Shown here: piece after piece, positions 12,601 to 27,700 of the stretch | Layout: each line of letters starts with the position of its first letter | Numbering within the stretch: the first letter of the stretch is position 1 | Source: Phyllobates terribilis | Lineage: Eukaryota | Length of the DNA: 64,000 nucleotides | Reading direction: 5' to 3' | NCBI RefSeq assembly: GCF_046119375.1 | Contig: NW_027362768.1 | Location: 289,664,001 to 289,728,000 of the forward strand | Notes under the pieces: generated by a model | The model's input: only the letters and a program-made list of their open reading frames with translations | The model's database searches: none | What the model was told of the DNA's origin: nothing | Position numbers and translations under genes: made by a program

Positions 12601-15600
12601 TCTTAGGGTGGCAGTCTAGTGAGTGGGAGCAGAAGAACAGCTTGGGACAGTTCAGAAGAACAGTCCGGGAGCTGCGTCTCATTAGGAGATCTGCTCCACA
12701 AGTAGGGCCAGGTCAGGAGGCCCCGGAGGGGAGCAGGGAGTAGGCTCCGTTTTGAGAAGGGATCCCAGGGGCTACGGCGAGTCCAGGAAGGCACCCGTAC
12801 ACCCCGCATCTGCCAGAAGACAGAGGGATCGCAGCCGCATTCTAGTCCCCTGAGGGTCAAGCAATTCTGTGTAACTCCGACGGACAGGAGGGACTTCAGA
12901 GTACCTGAACAGGACTGAGAGTGGGCAGCGCAGAGCAGGAGGGAGAAGGACCAGTGTGAAGACGGTCAAAATAGGAACACGAGAAAGTGGGGTTCTGCCG
13001 GGCATTCCCAAGTTGCCTGAGGAAGGATTGGACCCCTGCCCGGTGAATGCAGCGCGACGTGGGAGGCCTTTACCTGTATAGTGCACCTGTGAAGTGTCTT
13101 AAGAACTGTGAGTAAAATCTTGGATGACTGCACTGCACTGCCTCCGTCCATTCTTCATCGGCACTATCGTTCCCCCTGCACCATAACGCCCAGCGCAACC
13201 CACTCTCTACTACTACACTGCCATGAGGCCTGCTCCACCTGTGGGGAGCTGTCCCATCACAAACTGACCCAACATCTGCCTCAGAGGACTGTCGCAGCGC
13301 TGGTGATCCTCATCAGACACCACAGGTGGCGTCACGAACATTCCAATCCCATATAATACTCTTCCCATTTTTACTGACCGCCCTGGGTCACGGACCGGGC
13401 CAGCCACCGTGATATCCCCCGGCAACCAGAGGCCCGGCTGCCGAGTACCCCACGGCCCTGGGGGTGAGTCAGTGGCTATACATAATGCCTCTTGTTTTGC
13501 AGTTCCGAGCATTACATGGAAAGTCCATTGATTTCAGTGAACATAGAGCAATGTGTTACTTAAAGGCATGCATTTTGGGCTAAAACTCCTATTTTCAATT
13601 GGGATTCATTAAAAAATTGCCACCATTTACTTTCTATAACCTCTGTGATGGCTGCAGAATAAGTTAACTGCGAATCTGTCAGTGAGCTAATTCAGATTGA
13701 ATGACTGGGAGTTTGAAGCTCTCTTATCTGTTCTTTTCTGAGCCGCTCTTAATAGATTTATGACCGTGGACCACATCAAAGTTGAATGTGCAGGAAACAA
13801 AGAGCCTGTAAAAGCCAAACGGGGCAAACTTGTTAAGGAGGTCCAAATGCAAAAATGATTTTTAGCCTCAAAAAACATGCTTTTAGGTAAGAAAAAAATA
13901 AAATATAATTGTACTAAAAGTATTGAGAATTATAAAGTATAGAGCATCTTCCGAATGGAAAATGCCAGGTGAATAGGCATGTCACTTCTTTAAATTGCTT
14001 GATGGTTTTAGAAACCCAAGAAAGAAACAGAAAAACAAAAATGAGCATAAACCCTCCAGCAAGTAAATAAGTACATAGTAACAGTACACGTAAATAACAC
14101 AGGGCACTCAATGAACTCCTTCACCACCTTGGGTTTTTCCGTTTTTGTGCTTTCGTTTTTTGCTCCTCTTCTTCCCAGAGCCATATATTTTTTTTATTTT
14201 TCTATCAATATGGCCATGTGAGGGCTTTTTTTTTGCGGGATGAGTTGTACTTTTGAATGACACCATTAATTTTGTCATATCGTTTCCTTTAAAATGGAAA
14301 AAAAGAAATCAAAGTGTGGTAAAATAGCAAAAAAAGTGCAATCCCACAATTTTTTTTACCATGTTCACTAAATGCTAAAACTGACCAGACATTATGATTC
14401 TCCATGTCATTACGCGTTCGTAGATACCAAACATATATAGGTTTTTTTTTTAATTTAAAGTGGTGAAAAAAAATCCAAAGTTTGCACACAAAAAAATGGT
14501 GGCATTTTCCTAGAGCCGTGGCGTCTCCATTTTTCGGGATCTGGGGCTGGGCGAGGGCTTATTTTTTGCGCGCTGAGCTGACGTTTTTATTGATACCATT
14601 TTGGAGTAGATACGATATTTTGATCGCCCGTTATTGCATTTTATTTAAATGTTGCGGCGAGCAAAAAAATTTAATTCTGGTGTTTTGATTGCTTTTTCTC
14701 GTTACGCCGTTTACCGATCGGATTAATTCTTTTTTTATATTGATAGATTGGGCGATTCTGAACGCGGTGATACCAAATGTGTATATTTGATTTATTTTTG
14801 TTTTATTTTGAATGGGTTGAAAGGGGGTGATTTGAACGTTTATATTTTTTAAAAAATGTTAAATATTTTAAAAACATTTTTTTTTTACTTTACACTTGCT
14901 TCAATAGTTTCCATGGGAGACTAGAAGCTGTGATCTTCTAATTGCCTGTGCTTCATACAGCAGGGCTTCAGCAGAAGTGCTCACTAGCTATGTGCGCTGA
15001 CCACTGGGCGGCGCTCACAGCATCCCGGCAATGACAACCGCAGGGGTCTCCTGCAGACCCCAGGTTGTCATGCTAACCCATTGGCGACCTGCGGTCATGT
15101 GACACGGGCACCGATGGGTGGGACTAGTGACGCGCTTCTGGTGCGGCAATGTTAAATGCCGCTGTCAGCGATTGACTGTGGCATTTAACTAGTTAACAGC
15201 CGTGATTGGATCGCGATTCCACCCGCGGCTGTTAGGGGTGCATGACAGCTGTACAGATCAGCTGTCATGTGCCCGGTAACATGCGGGCTCAGCGCCAGAG
15301 CCTGCATGGAGTGCAGAGATACCACCTTGGATGTACTCATACATCCAAGGTGGTAAAGGGGTTCATTTTGATCAAAAAAGCATAAAAGCCATCCCAGCAC
15401 AACAAGGCGTACCCATTGGTTACTGGTGGGCCCTTGGCACCCCAGTCTAACATTGGGCATGTTACGGCCCCTCACTCTGCATTTTTGGGACTTTTCCTGC
15501 CTCTGATTTTGGGAGCGACACACTCCCATTAATAAGCCCTTCAAATTAAGGGAAGGAAGTCGTTTCTAGCCTTTTTATTTGGTACTATGTATTTTGCCAC

Positions 15601-18600
15601 ATTTCTTTACACACCCTCCTCTCGCTTTCTCATTTTTTTGAGCTTTATTTCTGCGAGTTGTTCTGAGTTTGACTGATTTGTCTAGTCTGATATTAAAGTA
15701 TTTCTGCTATGATTTTATGATTATACTGTAGTGGTAGTTACATAGTAACCACGTTCAGAGGTTTGCTTGCTGTACAAATATATAGAAAATGGAACATTTT
15801 TCCATTTATAGGTTGCTGTGCTGTCACTGTCAGTAATAATCTGTTTATACATATTATTATTATTTTGGCTTGTAATATGAAATAAATATTTTAGCAGAGT
15901 ATAAGCAATATGAAAATGGTTCCTTAAAGTAACATTTTGCATTGGAGATAAAGGGGCAAAGACTTTTGGGCAACATAGTAACTTTTGCTTTGTAGACCTG
16001 GGGTCCTGGATTCTAATCCCACCAAGGACAAAATCTGCAAGGAGTTTGTATGTTCTCCCCGTGTTTCTGTGGGTTTCCTCCGGGTTTTCCGGTTTCCTCC
16101 CACACTACAAAGACATACTGATAGGGAATGTAGATTGTGAGCCCCAATGGGGACAGTGCAGATAATGTGTGTAAAACCACTGGCAATTATGCTGGCGCCA
16201 CATAAGAAAGTATAAGAAATAAATATTTACAGTCAGTATTTCCTTTGCCTAAGGTTGCTACAGCAAAATAATTGATGGACTTCAAATGTCTGCTTAAAGA
16301 AGATCTTTCAGTAGTTGAAGCATGTTAAACTGACAACTTCATGGAATATCATGCGGAGATATCAGCTGTGACGCCACAGCTTTTCGTCTTAATTATGCCA
16401 GACAAATTCAGTAAGCCAGGATCTATATGCTTTTATCTTCATGTTGACTTTTGCATTGGTGTTTTTCTTTAGTTGATTAACACAGACTATTGTTTGAAAA
16501 ATCCTGAATGTTGACACTTGAGTTGAGATGTACTGCAAATTATTGTCTGCAAATCTTGCAAGATAGAGTCACAGAGCAATACTTTTTGATAATATGTTGA
16601 TTACATATTATACCAGCCCAGGGAGTTGTTGATTTGCAGAGCAATGGAGGACAAACTATGCAAGTTGATTAAATGCTCAAACAATGAGTCATGAGCCTCT
16701 TCCACCTTCATCTCTGACCCTTGACCTGTGAATGATGGCTGAAAGGATAATTGTGATCTATAAAAAGAGGGTCTCTGCCTCTATTCGATGTCATTCCACA
16801 GTATGTCAGCTTAGGGTACTACGGCCCCAGCTGGAGAAATACAGATCAGCTCCATTGAGCCCTCAGAGATGTCTTGAAGAATCCAGGTTGGGACAATCAG
16901 GTCACAGACCTCAGACCTCACTTATCTCGGCTAGTTTCCTAAGCTTGTTGTTACCTCCTCTCTGTGGGTGCCTGCGAAAAGCGGGGTGCTACTGGTGGGG
17001 ATAGTCGGCCCTGGAAGCCCGGAAATCACAGCTACTCTATTCCCGACGGGCCAGTGGAAGGCTGAGGACTCTGTAATTTGCACCATCTTGGGTATTTGCT
17101 GGGACTGTTCTATATGTCATTGTTTGTTGGTGGTTCAATAAATTATTGCCACACTGTTTTGTCCTCACCCTGTGTTGTCTGAGTAATGTTCTGCCCACAG
17201 TAAAAGAAAGTGGGCATTCAGTAGTATGAGCCCTGGTCCATGTGGTCTTTCTAAAGACAGCCAGGTCAGCGGACAAGAGCACACACTGACCCCCGTGTCT
17301 TCACATTAGCTTATAAAGGTTAAATTATAATCTATGATAAACTAACGGGGTGTTACCAGAGATTTTTCTCTGGGGCTGCATTGTTCTTCTCCTGTATGAC
17401 ATTGACCAATCATAAGAAGGCAGCGATACAGGGTGGAAAAAAGAACACGCCCCCAATAGCTTAGAACAGACTTTCTCAGTTTGAGACATCTAATGACAGA
17501 CAGTCTGCTCTTCTCACTAGTTTTACTGCAGAGCTATGTGTGATTACAAAGTGCTGTGAGTAGAGCAGAGATTGCTAACACTTCTTTAGCTTTCATCTCA
17601 CAGCAGTCAGTGTGTGGGGAGGCACAATACAGCAAAGCTGAAGGCACTGTATCTTGAGAGCTGCAGATGTGTTTGTAATGAGACAAAACTCGGTTCTGTT
17701 GTACTGCCCCTCCACACACACTGGCTGCCTTGAGATGAAAGCTGAAGGGGTGTTAGTAAAGAAGAGCAGTCTCTCCTGTGTGAGACATAATGAAAGTCTG
17801 ATCTCCTCGCTGATATCACAGCAGAGTTTTGTGTGATTACATAGTGCCGGGAGTAGAGCAGAGATGAGTGTGTTTAAAAAATCTCTTAGTTTTCATCTCA
17901 TGGCAGTCATGTTGGGGAGGAGAGTACAGCAGAGCTGAGCTTTGTCTCATTACAAACAAGTCTGCAGCTGCAGATCTCCTCTCAAAGTGCTGTCAGCTCA
18001 GCTGTACGTCCCCTTCCCCTACAGTGACTGTTGAGAGATGAAAGCTGTGAGGTATTTCTAACTACACTGTTTTCTGCTCTATTCCCAACACATTGTAATT
18101 ATCTATTATCATTGAGATCACTGAGGAGAGCAGACTGTCTGTCATTACATGTCTCACATTAAGAAATCTGCTCTAACCTATTGTGGAGGCATGTTTTTTT
18201 CCCTTTGGTATGTTACTGCCTGCTTATGAATGGTCAGTGTCATACAGGGGAAGAAGTACACGCCCCAGAGAAGAATTTCTGGTAACACCAAGTTGGATTT
18301 ATCTTAAATTATAACTTAAACTTTCCAAGAAAATATCTGCACAATGCACAAGAGAAATGAAAAAAAAACAACAACATTTTACTCAGCTCTGCAACCATAA
18401 ATCCGTCATGTGGCCAGTTCAATACGCTAAAACTGGTGAAAACTCCTTTGTAAAGTATTTTTTCACGGGTTATTGTTATGCAAGATAATGGACAGCTTTT
18501 TTATTTTCCAGAAACAGCGCCACTCTCTCCTCTGGGCTCAGTTTGGTATTGCAGATCGGCCCCACTAACCAATGCTGCAGATCTAGCAGATCTCAGTTGT

Positions 18601-21600
18601 TGAGCTGTGTCCAACCTCAGCTTTATGTGTACAATGTATAGTGACAGAAAGCTGCTAATCAGTGCTATGGGCAGGGTTAGACCTGGAGGCACGAGGCCGG
18701 TTATCCTGTAGTGAGAATCTATTGCTGATAAAACAATGATTTTATTGAAACAGCAGAACACAGCCTAGTAAGTGACACATCACTGGAATCAGGGTCTCTG
18801 TCCCTACATGATGCTTTCAGATTACATAACAAAATCTGCTGACAGATTCTCTTTAATGATTGAAAATGTTTCTCTTTTTTCTTATACTTGTATACTGCCA
18901 ACATATTCTGCAGTGCTTTTACAGAAAAAAAGGAGAGACTCTTTTTCTAATCCCTGACCACATCTTTAAACAATATAGTGGTTTGTTAGTAATGTTTAAT
19001 TTCATGTTCATACTGTCACACTACCACAATTAATATTCCTTGCATTGTCATTTCCATCTGTGATCTATAGACACTTCTGACCTCACCTGTCTGGATTCTA
19101 TTAGATGAAGATCTTCGGTTATTCTTCTACCAAACAACCGATGACAGTGAAAGAATCCCCCGAGCCCTGCGCAGGTTACGCCCTCAGACTCGGAGAATGT
19201 AAGTCGTTCTTTGTAAACTGAATATTCAGAGCATCATGTCTTTTTCAATAGCTATGGCATAGAAAGAAGAAGGGAGCCCATGTGCATTAGATTAGAGATG
19301 AATGAATGGGCCGATTTCGACCAGAACCAATGATTTGCCGGATCGGTGAAATGAACCATCATTCTTTTCGACTGAACATTCATAATTGTTCAAAACACTG
19401 ATCGAGCATTTTGGATTTTTTTAGCCAATGATCAGCACTGGAGTGAAAAAAACAACTGGAAAACTACATTAAAAAAAGACTTAAATTAAACTATGGGAAA
19501 ACCCTTCAAAAAACCTTTGGCTGAAAAAAGTCTGAAAAATGCTCAGGAAGTGACTACAAAAGTGACACAAAAGACGCTTCAGGAAAAAAAACACCAGTGT
19601 TTCCTGAAGTATCTTCTGCTTGAAGAACTGTGAGGCTTTGCCTGAATATTAAAGACATCGTGTGCACATGGACAGTTTCTGCTTTGAAAACTCTGCACAA
19701 AATCCCCTGTGTGCACACAGCATTTTTTGGAGAAGTTTTTAGTTTCTTGAAGCAGTTTTTTTGAAGAGTTTTATGTTTCTTGAAGTGTTCTTTACAGCCT
19801 TTTGACTATGTGCACATGGAGTATTTCAATGAGTTTTTGAAGCAGAAGTTTAGAGGAGACAGAGAGGTAACTCTTCAAATCCTCCTTAAAATTGCAAAGC
19901 TCCTCAAAAAGTTGCAGGCTCTGCTCAGTTTCCTCAAAAAAAGACCACTGCAAAAAGACTCTGTGCACACATAGCCTTTGAATGGACAGTGCTTAGTTTG
20001 GAGAGGTTTCCTTCAGTATCCTCTTCGCAAAAATTCTCATGCACTTTCTTTTCTCCACAAGGCATTTTTCCAAACTTCTTTAGGTTAAAAAAAGCGAAAA
20101 AAAAAAACCTTCCTCATATGAAAGGCAAAGAGGAGTTGCCATAGAAATGAATTGGAAGAGTATTCCAAGAGTTTTTGAGTGAGGATATGATCCCAAAAAA
20201 ACTCTTAAAAAAACTCAGTGTGAACATTGCCAAACTGTTCTGATCAGCTAGAAGGCTATGTGCCCACGATGCAGAAATTATGCAGAAATTTTCCTGAGCG
20301 TTTCTCCTTGGCAGAAAAAAACGCATGCGGATTTTACATGCGTTTTTCTGCCAGGTAGAAGCGTTTTTGAAGCGTTTTTGCATGCATTTCTGCATGCGTT
20401 TTTTAAAGCACTTTTCCAAGCGATTTTGAGCATCACTTGTTGAAGTGCTTGACAAGTTGGTCACACTATATAAATCCATGCAACTGGATTAACGGAGACA
20501 TGTTCAATTTTGATCCAAGTGTCGGATCAGAATTGGCAATGCAAGTCTATGAGTCCATTAAAAAATGGTGCGTGAAAAACGATTTTCACGGACTGTCAGA
20601 AAGGAGAAGGTGGAGAAACTTTAGTGACACATGGACCACACTCTGATCAAACGCTGATCGAAGCCGGATCAAGCCGGATCAATAATCGGTCCGTTTTTCT
20701 TGAACGTGAGAAAATTGCAAGTGTGAATGAGCCCTTAGTACTATATTTCAGAATAGGACTGATGTGAAAGGGCAACCAAATGGCGTAATCTATATATCTA
20801 TTTTTTTCTGACAGTAAGAAGAACTCGCAGACCATTTCAGATATGGAGAGACCCCGGGCAGAGGTAATACAGTTATAAGGATTCATAGAGAAAATAATCA
20901 ATATAGCTTTTATAATCTATAATTTGCAGGAAATTGTTTATGTAAACCTGCAATAAAATTTTAGTTTGAGCATGCCAAGAAACTCCATAGCAGTGAACCA
21001 AAATGTGGAGTTAAAAGGAATCTGTTACCAGGTTTTTGTCACCTAATCTGACATGAGCATAATGTAGCTGCAGTGACTCTGATTCCAGCGATATTTCAGT
21101 TACTGGGCTGCTTGCTATAGTTTTGATAAAGTCACTTTTTTATCAACTGGATATTATCACTAGAGGACTAGTAAAGCTGCTGCCAATTAGTCAAGCATAT
21201 TAACGAGCTCTGTAAAACCCCACCCCCCCCACTGATTGGCAGCTTTTTGTGTATATGGGCAAAAAGCAGCCAATCAGTGGTGTGGGCGGGGTTATACAGA
21301 GCACAGCATTCACAGAACTGATAGATCAGCCTTAGATAACATTGTGATTTTTTTTTCAAAATAACAGCAAGCAGCCTAATAAGTGATGCATCACTGGAAT
21401 CAGGGTCTCTGCCTCTATATTAAGCTGCTCTCAGATGGGGTAGCAAATCCTAGTGATAGATTCCCTTTAAATACTGCACCATTTGCAACAGATCTCTCTC
21501 TCTCTCATATTCATGGAGATCTCCGTATTCGTATCTTTTTATCTCTTATCTTCATCACTTTTTAAGTTGTAACTTTTATTCTAAATAACTTTCTAAAAAA

Positions 21601-24600
21601 TGTTATTCCCAAAAAATTTAATTTTTATTCAAGAGTTTATAAAATGAAGAAGTCAATTCTGTCGTACGAGTCTAGGATTACCATTGCACCTAAAAGGGAA
21701 GTTCACCTGTAGGGTGATCCCTTCGCCTGACTTGCCCCGCTGCATTCCCTAATAGGAGAAATTCAATAAGGTTGATTACCATAGTCTTTCAACAAATCAG
21801 TTTTAATGGTTTAACGTTTTACAGCATTACATACCATAATCTCCAGGAGCCGCTGTAGACATACTTGGCATCGTGCTGGGATTTGTGGTCGTTCAATATA
21901 ATGAGCAGACTAATGTATTTATAGAGTGGAGCTCAAAGCTGGATGTCTCTATCTCGCTTAATAGGCAGATAAAATTCTGTCCCTGTGATCTATGTATTCA
22001 CATAAGTGATAGATCTGATTAGATGTCTATGTAAATGAGATGGGGTTATACGGAAAATCGGGGCTTTTCATATCATTATGACTCACAAAGGTCAAAATTA
22101 GTTATTACGTTCCCCAAGTACTTATGCTTGGTGCATGGTAAAATAAGTCTTCGTTATACTGAATGGATACAGGATATTAGGCATTATGTTTAATACCATT
22201 AAGTGCACTGAAATAATTTCTTTGTGCTGAGTATATACATTTGAAAAATACATCCGGAAGAAAATTAATGGTCCGCTTAGATGAGCCGGTAATCGTTCTG
22301 TGTAGAAATACCGGCGATGACCCAAGAAACTGGAGATGGGCTGCCCACAACATCATGGTGCATGGGGACATAATGATCATATTAATTCAGTTACCATCAG
22401 TCTTTATCGGCCCGTGTAAACAGGCCAGTAAAAAAAGCACTCTCATCGTGCCGATCCATGTTCGGTAACTGGTCAAAAGTGGACCCTCAATGGCACTCAC
22501 CATCTGACAGTTTGTGTAGGCATATTTTGGAAAACCTAATACCTTACGGAATTAACTCTGAAAGTTTTTAAAGCAGCATTTAGACATTTTGCTAATACAG
22601 GTGCTTCACAGGAATCAAAGGGGTTGCCTGGTGAAAAAAAGTTATCATTTCCCCACAGGATTGATGATATAAATCAGGGGTTGGCAATTAAATTTTTCCG
22701 AGGGCCCACACGAGAGACCATGACTGTTGTGGAGGATCAAGCCAATAGGCTGAACTTAATTCTGCTCAATATTAATATATTAATCATAGTTATTTTATAT
22801 TATTATTAGTTGTATCACTTAATGTTGAGCAGAAGTAAGTATGCTGACATCCTCCTATGTGCTGTATGAGCACCCACATAGCCCACTATATACAGTATAA
22901 GCCCCCATATAGCCCGCTATATACAGTATGAGCCCCCACATAGCCTCTGTATATACAATATGCTCCACCACGTAGCCTCCTACATACAGTATGAGCCCCC
23001 GCATAGCCTTCTTTATACAGTATGAGCCCCCATATTGCCCACTAAATACAATATGATCCCCCACGTAGCCTCCTACATACAGTATGAGCCCCCGCATAGC
23101 CTCCTACATACAGAATGAGCCCCTGCATAGCCTCCTATATACAGGATAAGCCCCCACATAGCCCGCTATATACAATATGATCCCCTACAGAGCCTCCTAC
23201 ATACAGTATGAGTCCCCGCATAGCCTCCAATATACAGTATGAGCCCCCATATAGCCTCCTATATACAGTATGAACCCTCACATAGCCCACTAAATACAAT
23301 ATGAGCCCCCACATAACCCCCAATATACAGTATGAACCAGCACATAGCCTGCCATATACAGTTTGAGGACTCACATAGCCTACTATATACAGTATAAGCC
23401 CATAAGCCCTAAATACAGTATGAGCTCTCACATAGCCCCCTAAATACATGCAAACATCCCATATGCAAAAAGATCAACACATACAGACCTCGCTCCCTTT
23501 CTCCTTTGCTCTGATTCTCTACACAGGAGAAGTGATATCATTGTATCTGCTGATTGGTGGAAGAAGGAGCTGATGGCTCCGTCCTCCACCAATGTATTCA
23601 CCACTGTTTTCACCCGAGGATGCAGATAGAGATGACACTGGGCGATGGACGGACGGCGGGCGAGGGATCCTGCAGCCTGTGATCCACTGTTTGAGCCTGT
23701 GGCCCACAGTTTCAGTGAACGTCAGTGGAGCTAGAGATATTAGATATTATTTACCCTTGAACCATTATCACTAGCTTAGGGGGTATAAAAGCCAATGGCA
23801 GATGCCACTTAATATTTAAACTAACAGGAAGCCCAAAAAAACAGCCAGACCTTCCAAAGTACCATTATAATCAGGGAGGCCCATATCCTTTAACCTGCCA
23901 ATTTTGTTATAAAATCCAAGGACACCCATCCACAGCTGCCATCAAAAACAACACCTAAAAAAGAGAACACCAGACATCCCTGTTTACTGTATACAGAATG
24001 GGTGTGCAGGACCGGTGCTGCCCAAACTGCTGCCGTCATGTTACAACTAAGCTATGTCATTTTTGGCTGAAACTGCTATTCTGGTCCAAGCGTCGACCTT
24101 CTTCTTAGTGCCTCTTCAGTAGTGATAAAAGTACCCTGTGCAAGCACGGTGCCTCCTCCAATAGTGAATGGTGACGTATGCTGTACGACTATTTGGGTAA
24201 CATAACCCCAAAACTAATCCTGTATAAGACCCATTACACACTCTTGTAAATACAGAGAATGTCAATGCTCCTAATACAGTATTTGTGCCAGTTCTGGTCC
24301 ACAGCAGTACCTGTCACCTTCTTGCTCTGTATATCTACATATACTGATCTTTTTCTCCCTGATAAGTGTATGTGTACTTTGCATTTTCGCTTCACTGCAT
24401 GTTAACCAGTGCACAGTCGGAGCAGACACCAGATTAATGCTTCAATGAGGCTTCACCAAGGGTCATACACAGAGAGAAGCGAAGAATGCAGGAAAGCTGC
24501 AATGCAGTGAAAGCTAAACCTCTCCGTAATGAGGCGTACCAGCCAGTGCACCACTTCTTATACTTTTCTGAAATTACCTAATTAATTGAAGATGGTTTTT

Positions 24601-24676
24601 AATATCAATTTTAACTTAATGATCTAACCTAAAATGTTTCTATATAAACGTAACAAGCCTGCATCCCCTTTCTTAG

Positions 24677-24740
<64 letters not shown>

Positions 24741-27700
24741 CACAGGTCTACAAAACATTTTTTTGCAGGTGCCAAGGTTTTTTTAATGAATTTAGGGTAT
24801 TTTGAGGGTGCTGAATTCAAAAGTCCCATTATTTTTGCTGAATTGGTTCTAGTTATTGAGATAATGTATCCATGAAAATGCATTCCCCAATGCAACTTGT
24901 GTGTGATAACAAATGCAATAACTCTTAGATAATTATTTTGACTCTTCATTGACCTAAGTCACTGTCTTAAGTAATGGAATATCCCATATAATTATTTTGT
25001 ATTTCAATTTGTAGGCTTCCAATGTTATAAAAACTATTTTAAAGCCAGAATTCTACTTCAATTAATTAATTAACTATTAAATATCTCAGAATCTAGAGCC
25101 AATCTGGCAAAACTTAAAGGGGTTTTCCCTTGGATAAAAGATCATTTTAATCAATAGATCTTGGAATAATAATAAGTTATTTAAATAAAATGTTCCTGTG
25201 CTGAGATAATGTTATTAATGTGCCCCGCTGTGTACTGTGTAATGGCTGTGTCTGACCGTACAGGAACATGGTCTGATCATACCACAGCTCCTGGGCAGGG
25301 AAAGAAGCAAAAGAGTATACAGACATTACAGCAGGAGATCGCAAATGATTCTTTCTTTAAGGTAAAACATTGTTTAAAAACAGGCAGGGAAATGCTTTAC
25401 CTCACTAAAAGAATCAGCTATGATCCCGTGCTGTCCTGTCTGTATACTCTTTTACCTCCTCCCCTGCCCAGGAGATGTGGTATGATCAGACCATGTTCTG
25501 TACACGGTCAGACACAGCCATTACACAGTACACAGCAGGGGCACATTTATAAGATTATCTCAGCACAGGAACATTTTATTTAAACACATCCAATTGGGGA
25601 ACTTATTATTATTCCAAGATCTATTGATTAAAATCAACTTTTGTTTGTGGGAAAACCCCTTTATCCTTAAACGGCGCCATAAACTTAATATAAAATTGTT
25701 CAAACATCCTTGGCACCAAAAACTGTATACCAGTGTTATCTATCTATTTACATGATTTTTTACATTTCTTTTCTTAGGCTCTGTTTGACTTTAAAGGGAA
25801 TGCTGACCAAGAACTGAACTTTAAGTGTGGAGATCTCATATATCTTTTGAGCCGAGTCAACAAAAACTGGTTGGAGGTAAAAAAGGGACAACTTGGTTGA
25901 GTATAATGGGAACCTTGCATGTTGAAAATGTGGCATCTGATCTGCAGGCAGGATGTAAAAGAGCAAGAAGAGCTGATCAGATAGATTTACATTATTTGGG
26001 TAACATTTCAGTAACACTTGCATTTTATTAATAGACATTCCTGATGTTTATATGTATATGAGTCCAGTGAGTGGTCCTATACAGTGATTGACAGTCTTCC
26101 CTGTATTGTGCATGTAGAGATAACTGTCAATCACTAATAGCTCCGCCCACAGGTGTCATATGCAGTCAAACACCAGGGATTTCAATGAATAAAATGCAAG
26201 TGATACTGAATATTTTGCAACAATCCTATATAGTATTCTGCTCAGCTTTTCTTCTAAGCAGTACTGATCACAGATGAGACTGCATGTACAATGTGAGAGG
26301 TTCTCTTTAAACAAAGATAATTAAGTGATTATTAATAATTATCCCCAATCGTCACATTCAAAGATCACTGAAAGAACTCACTTGGCTACTGGTGTTTTCA
26401 TTTTATTGAAAATTATGTTGTGCAATGTCTGCAACAGTAATAAAACCCTGTGTTACGCTCGCGCCTGGACTGACTGGCGTGAGCGTGATTAGTGATCCCA
26501 CTGTACCATGAACCGAGGAGTGCCTGGAGGGGCGTAACTAAGTATCAACCCGATCCGACCAAGGTCGCACGTCGGCTTAGTCGACTCCGTGGACCAAGGA
26601 GGAACCGAGCAGAGGGACCAGGTGCGACTCCAGGTCAGACCCCGGTCATAGTTGTTGACCCACACCAGGGAATGCAGGAACAGGCAGGTTAGACTGGCAT
26701 ACAGGCAGGTGGGTATTGGCAAGTACGGCTGGTATGCAGACAGGTGCGCACTGGCAAGCACGGCTGGTATGCAGACAGGTGGGCACTGGCAAGCACGGCT
26801 GGTATGCAGACAGGTGGGCACTGGCAAGCACGGCTGGTATGCAGACAGGTGGGCACTGGCAAGCACGGCTGGTTTGCAGACAGGTGGGCACTGGCAAGCA
26901 AGGCTGGTATGCAGACAGGTGGGCACTGGCAAGCACGGCTGGAGTGCAGACAGGGAGGTACTAGCAGGTTGGAGCGCAGGCTGGATAGGGTCCAGTACAG
27001 ACTGGGAGACGGGTTCAGAGCCGCAGATGCGGTAGTCAAGCAGAGTAAAGTGAAACCGCAGGTGCGGTGGACAAGGCTGAGCAGAGCGAAACCGCAGGTG
27101 CGGTGGACAAGGCTGAGCAGAGCGAAACCGCAGGTGCGGTGGACAAGGCTGAGCAGAGCGAAACCGCAGGTGCGGTGGACAAGGCAGAGAGGACAGGGCT
27201 CTGTTCACATGGAACAGACAGGAAAATGCAGGAAGATGGCTAGAACACAGGAGGAAGATACGGAGGAAGGGAAAAGGGACAAGCAGAACCAGATACACAC
27301 AAGGTACTTCACATGAAGTAGCGAGTGGACACAAAACTCACAAACAGAAGTACAGAGACAACGAGTTGGAGTTAGGTGCAGGTTTAGATACTGCAGGAAA
27401 AGGGAAGGTACGGACATAGAGAGAAACAGGTAACAGGCTAGGATACAGTTCAGACAGGAACTGCTACTGCAATGAGATACAAGAACGAGCCTGGGTATAC
27501 AGCCCCCAGAGTGGCGGGAACAGACTAGAAGTCAGAGATAACAGGTCTGGGAATGCAGCCCCCAGAATGGCGGAGACAGACTAGAAACAGGACAGGACCT
27601 GGCAATTCAGTAGCAAAGACTAACTGAGTGAAGGTGTTGCTCAGGCCCCTCCTACTGGGTGGAGGGGGTTTAAATATCCAGTGACTCACAGCAATAGGCT

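Noticed and set aside
15997-16030. tRNA gene (B-box-like ggattctaatccc; also ~33590 and ~51625 on the minus strand)
   Set aside because: No cloverleaf can be formed, and each is followed by the SINE V-domain, so these are SINE heads.
26489-27334. Overlapping long ORFs (281, 190, 127 aa) as genes
   Set aside because: They are stop-free because of the 35/36-bp GC-rich tandem repeats inside a solo LTR, and have no recognisable domains.
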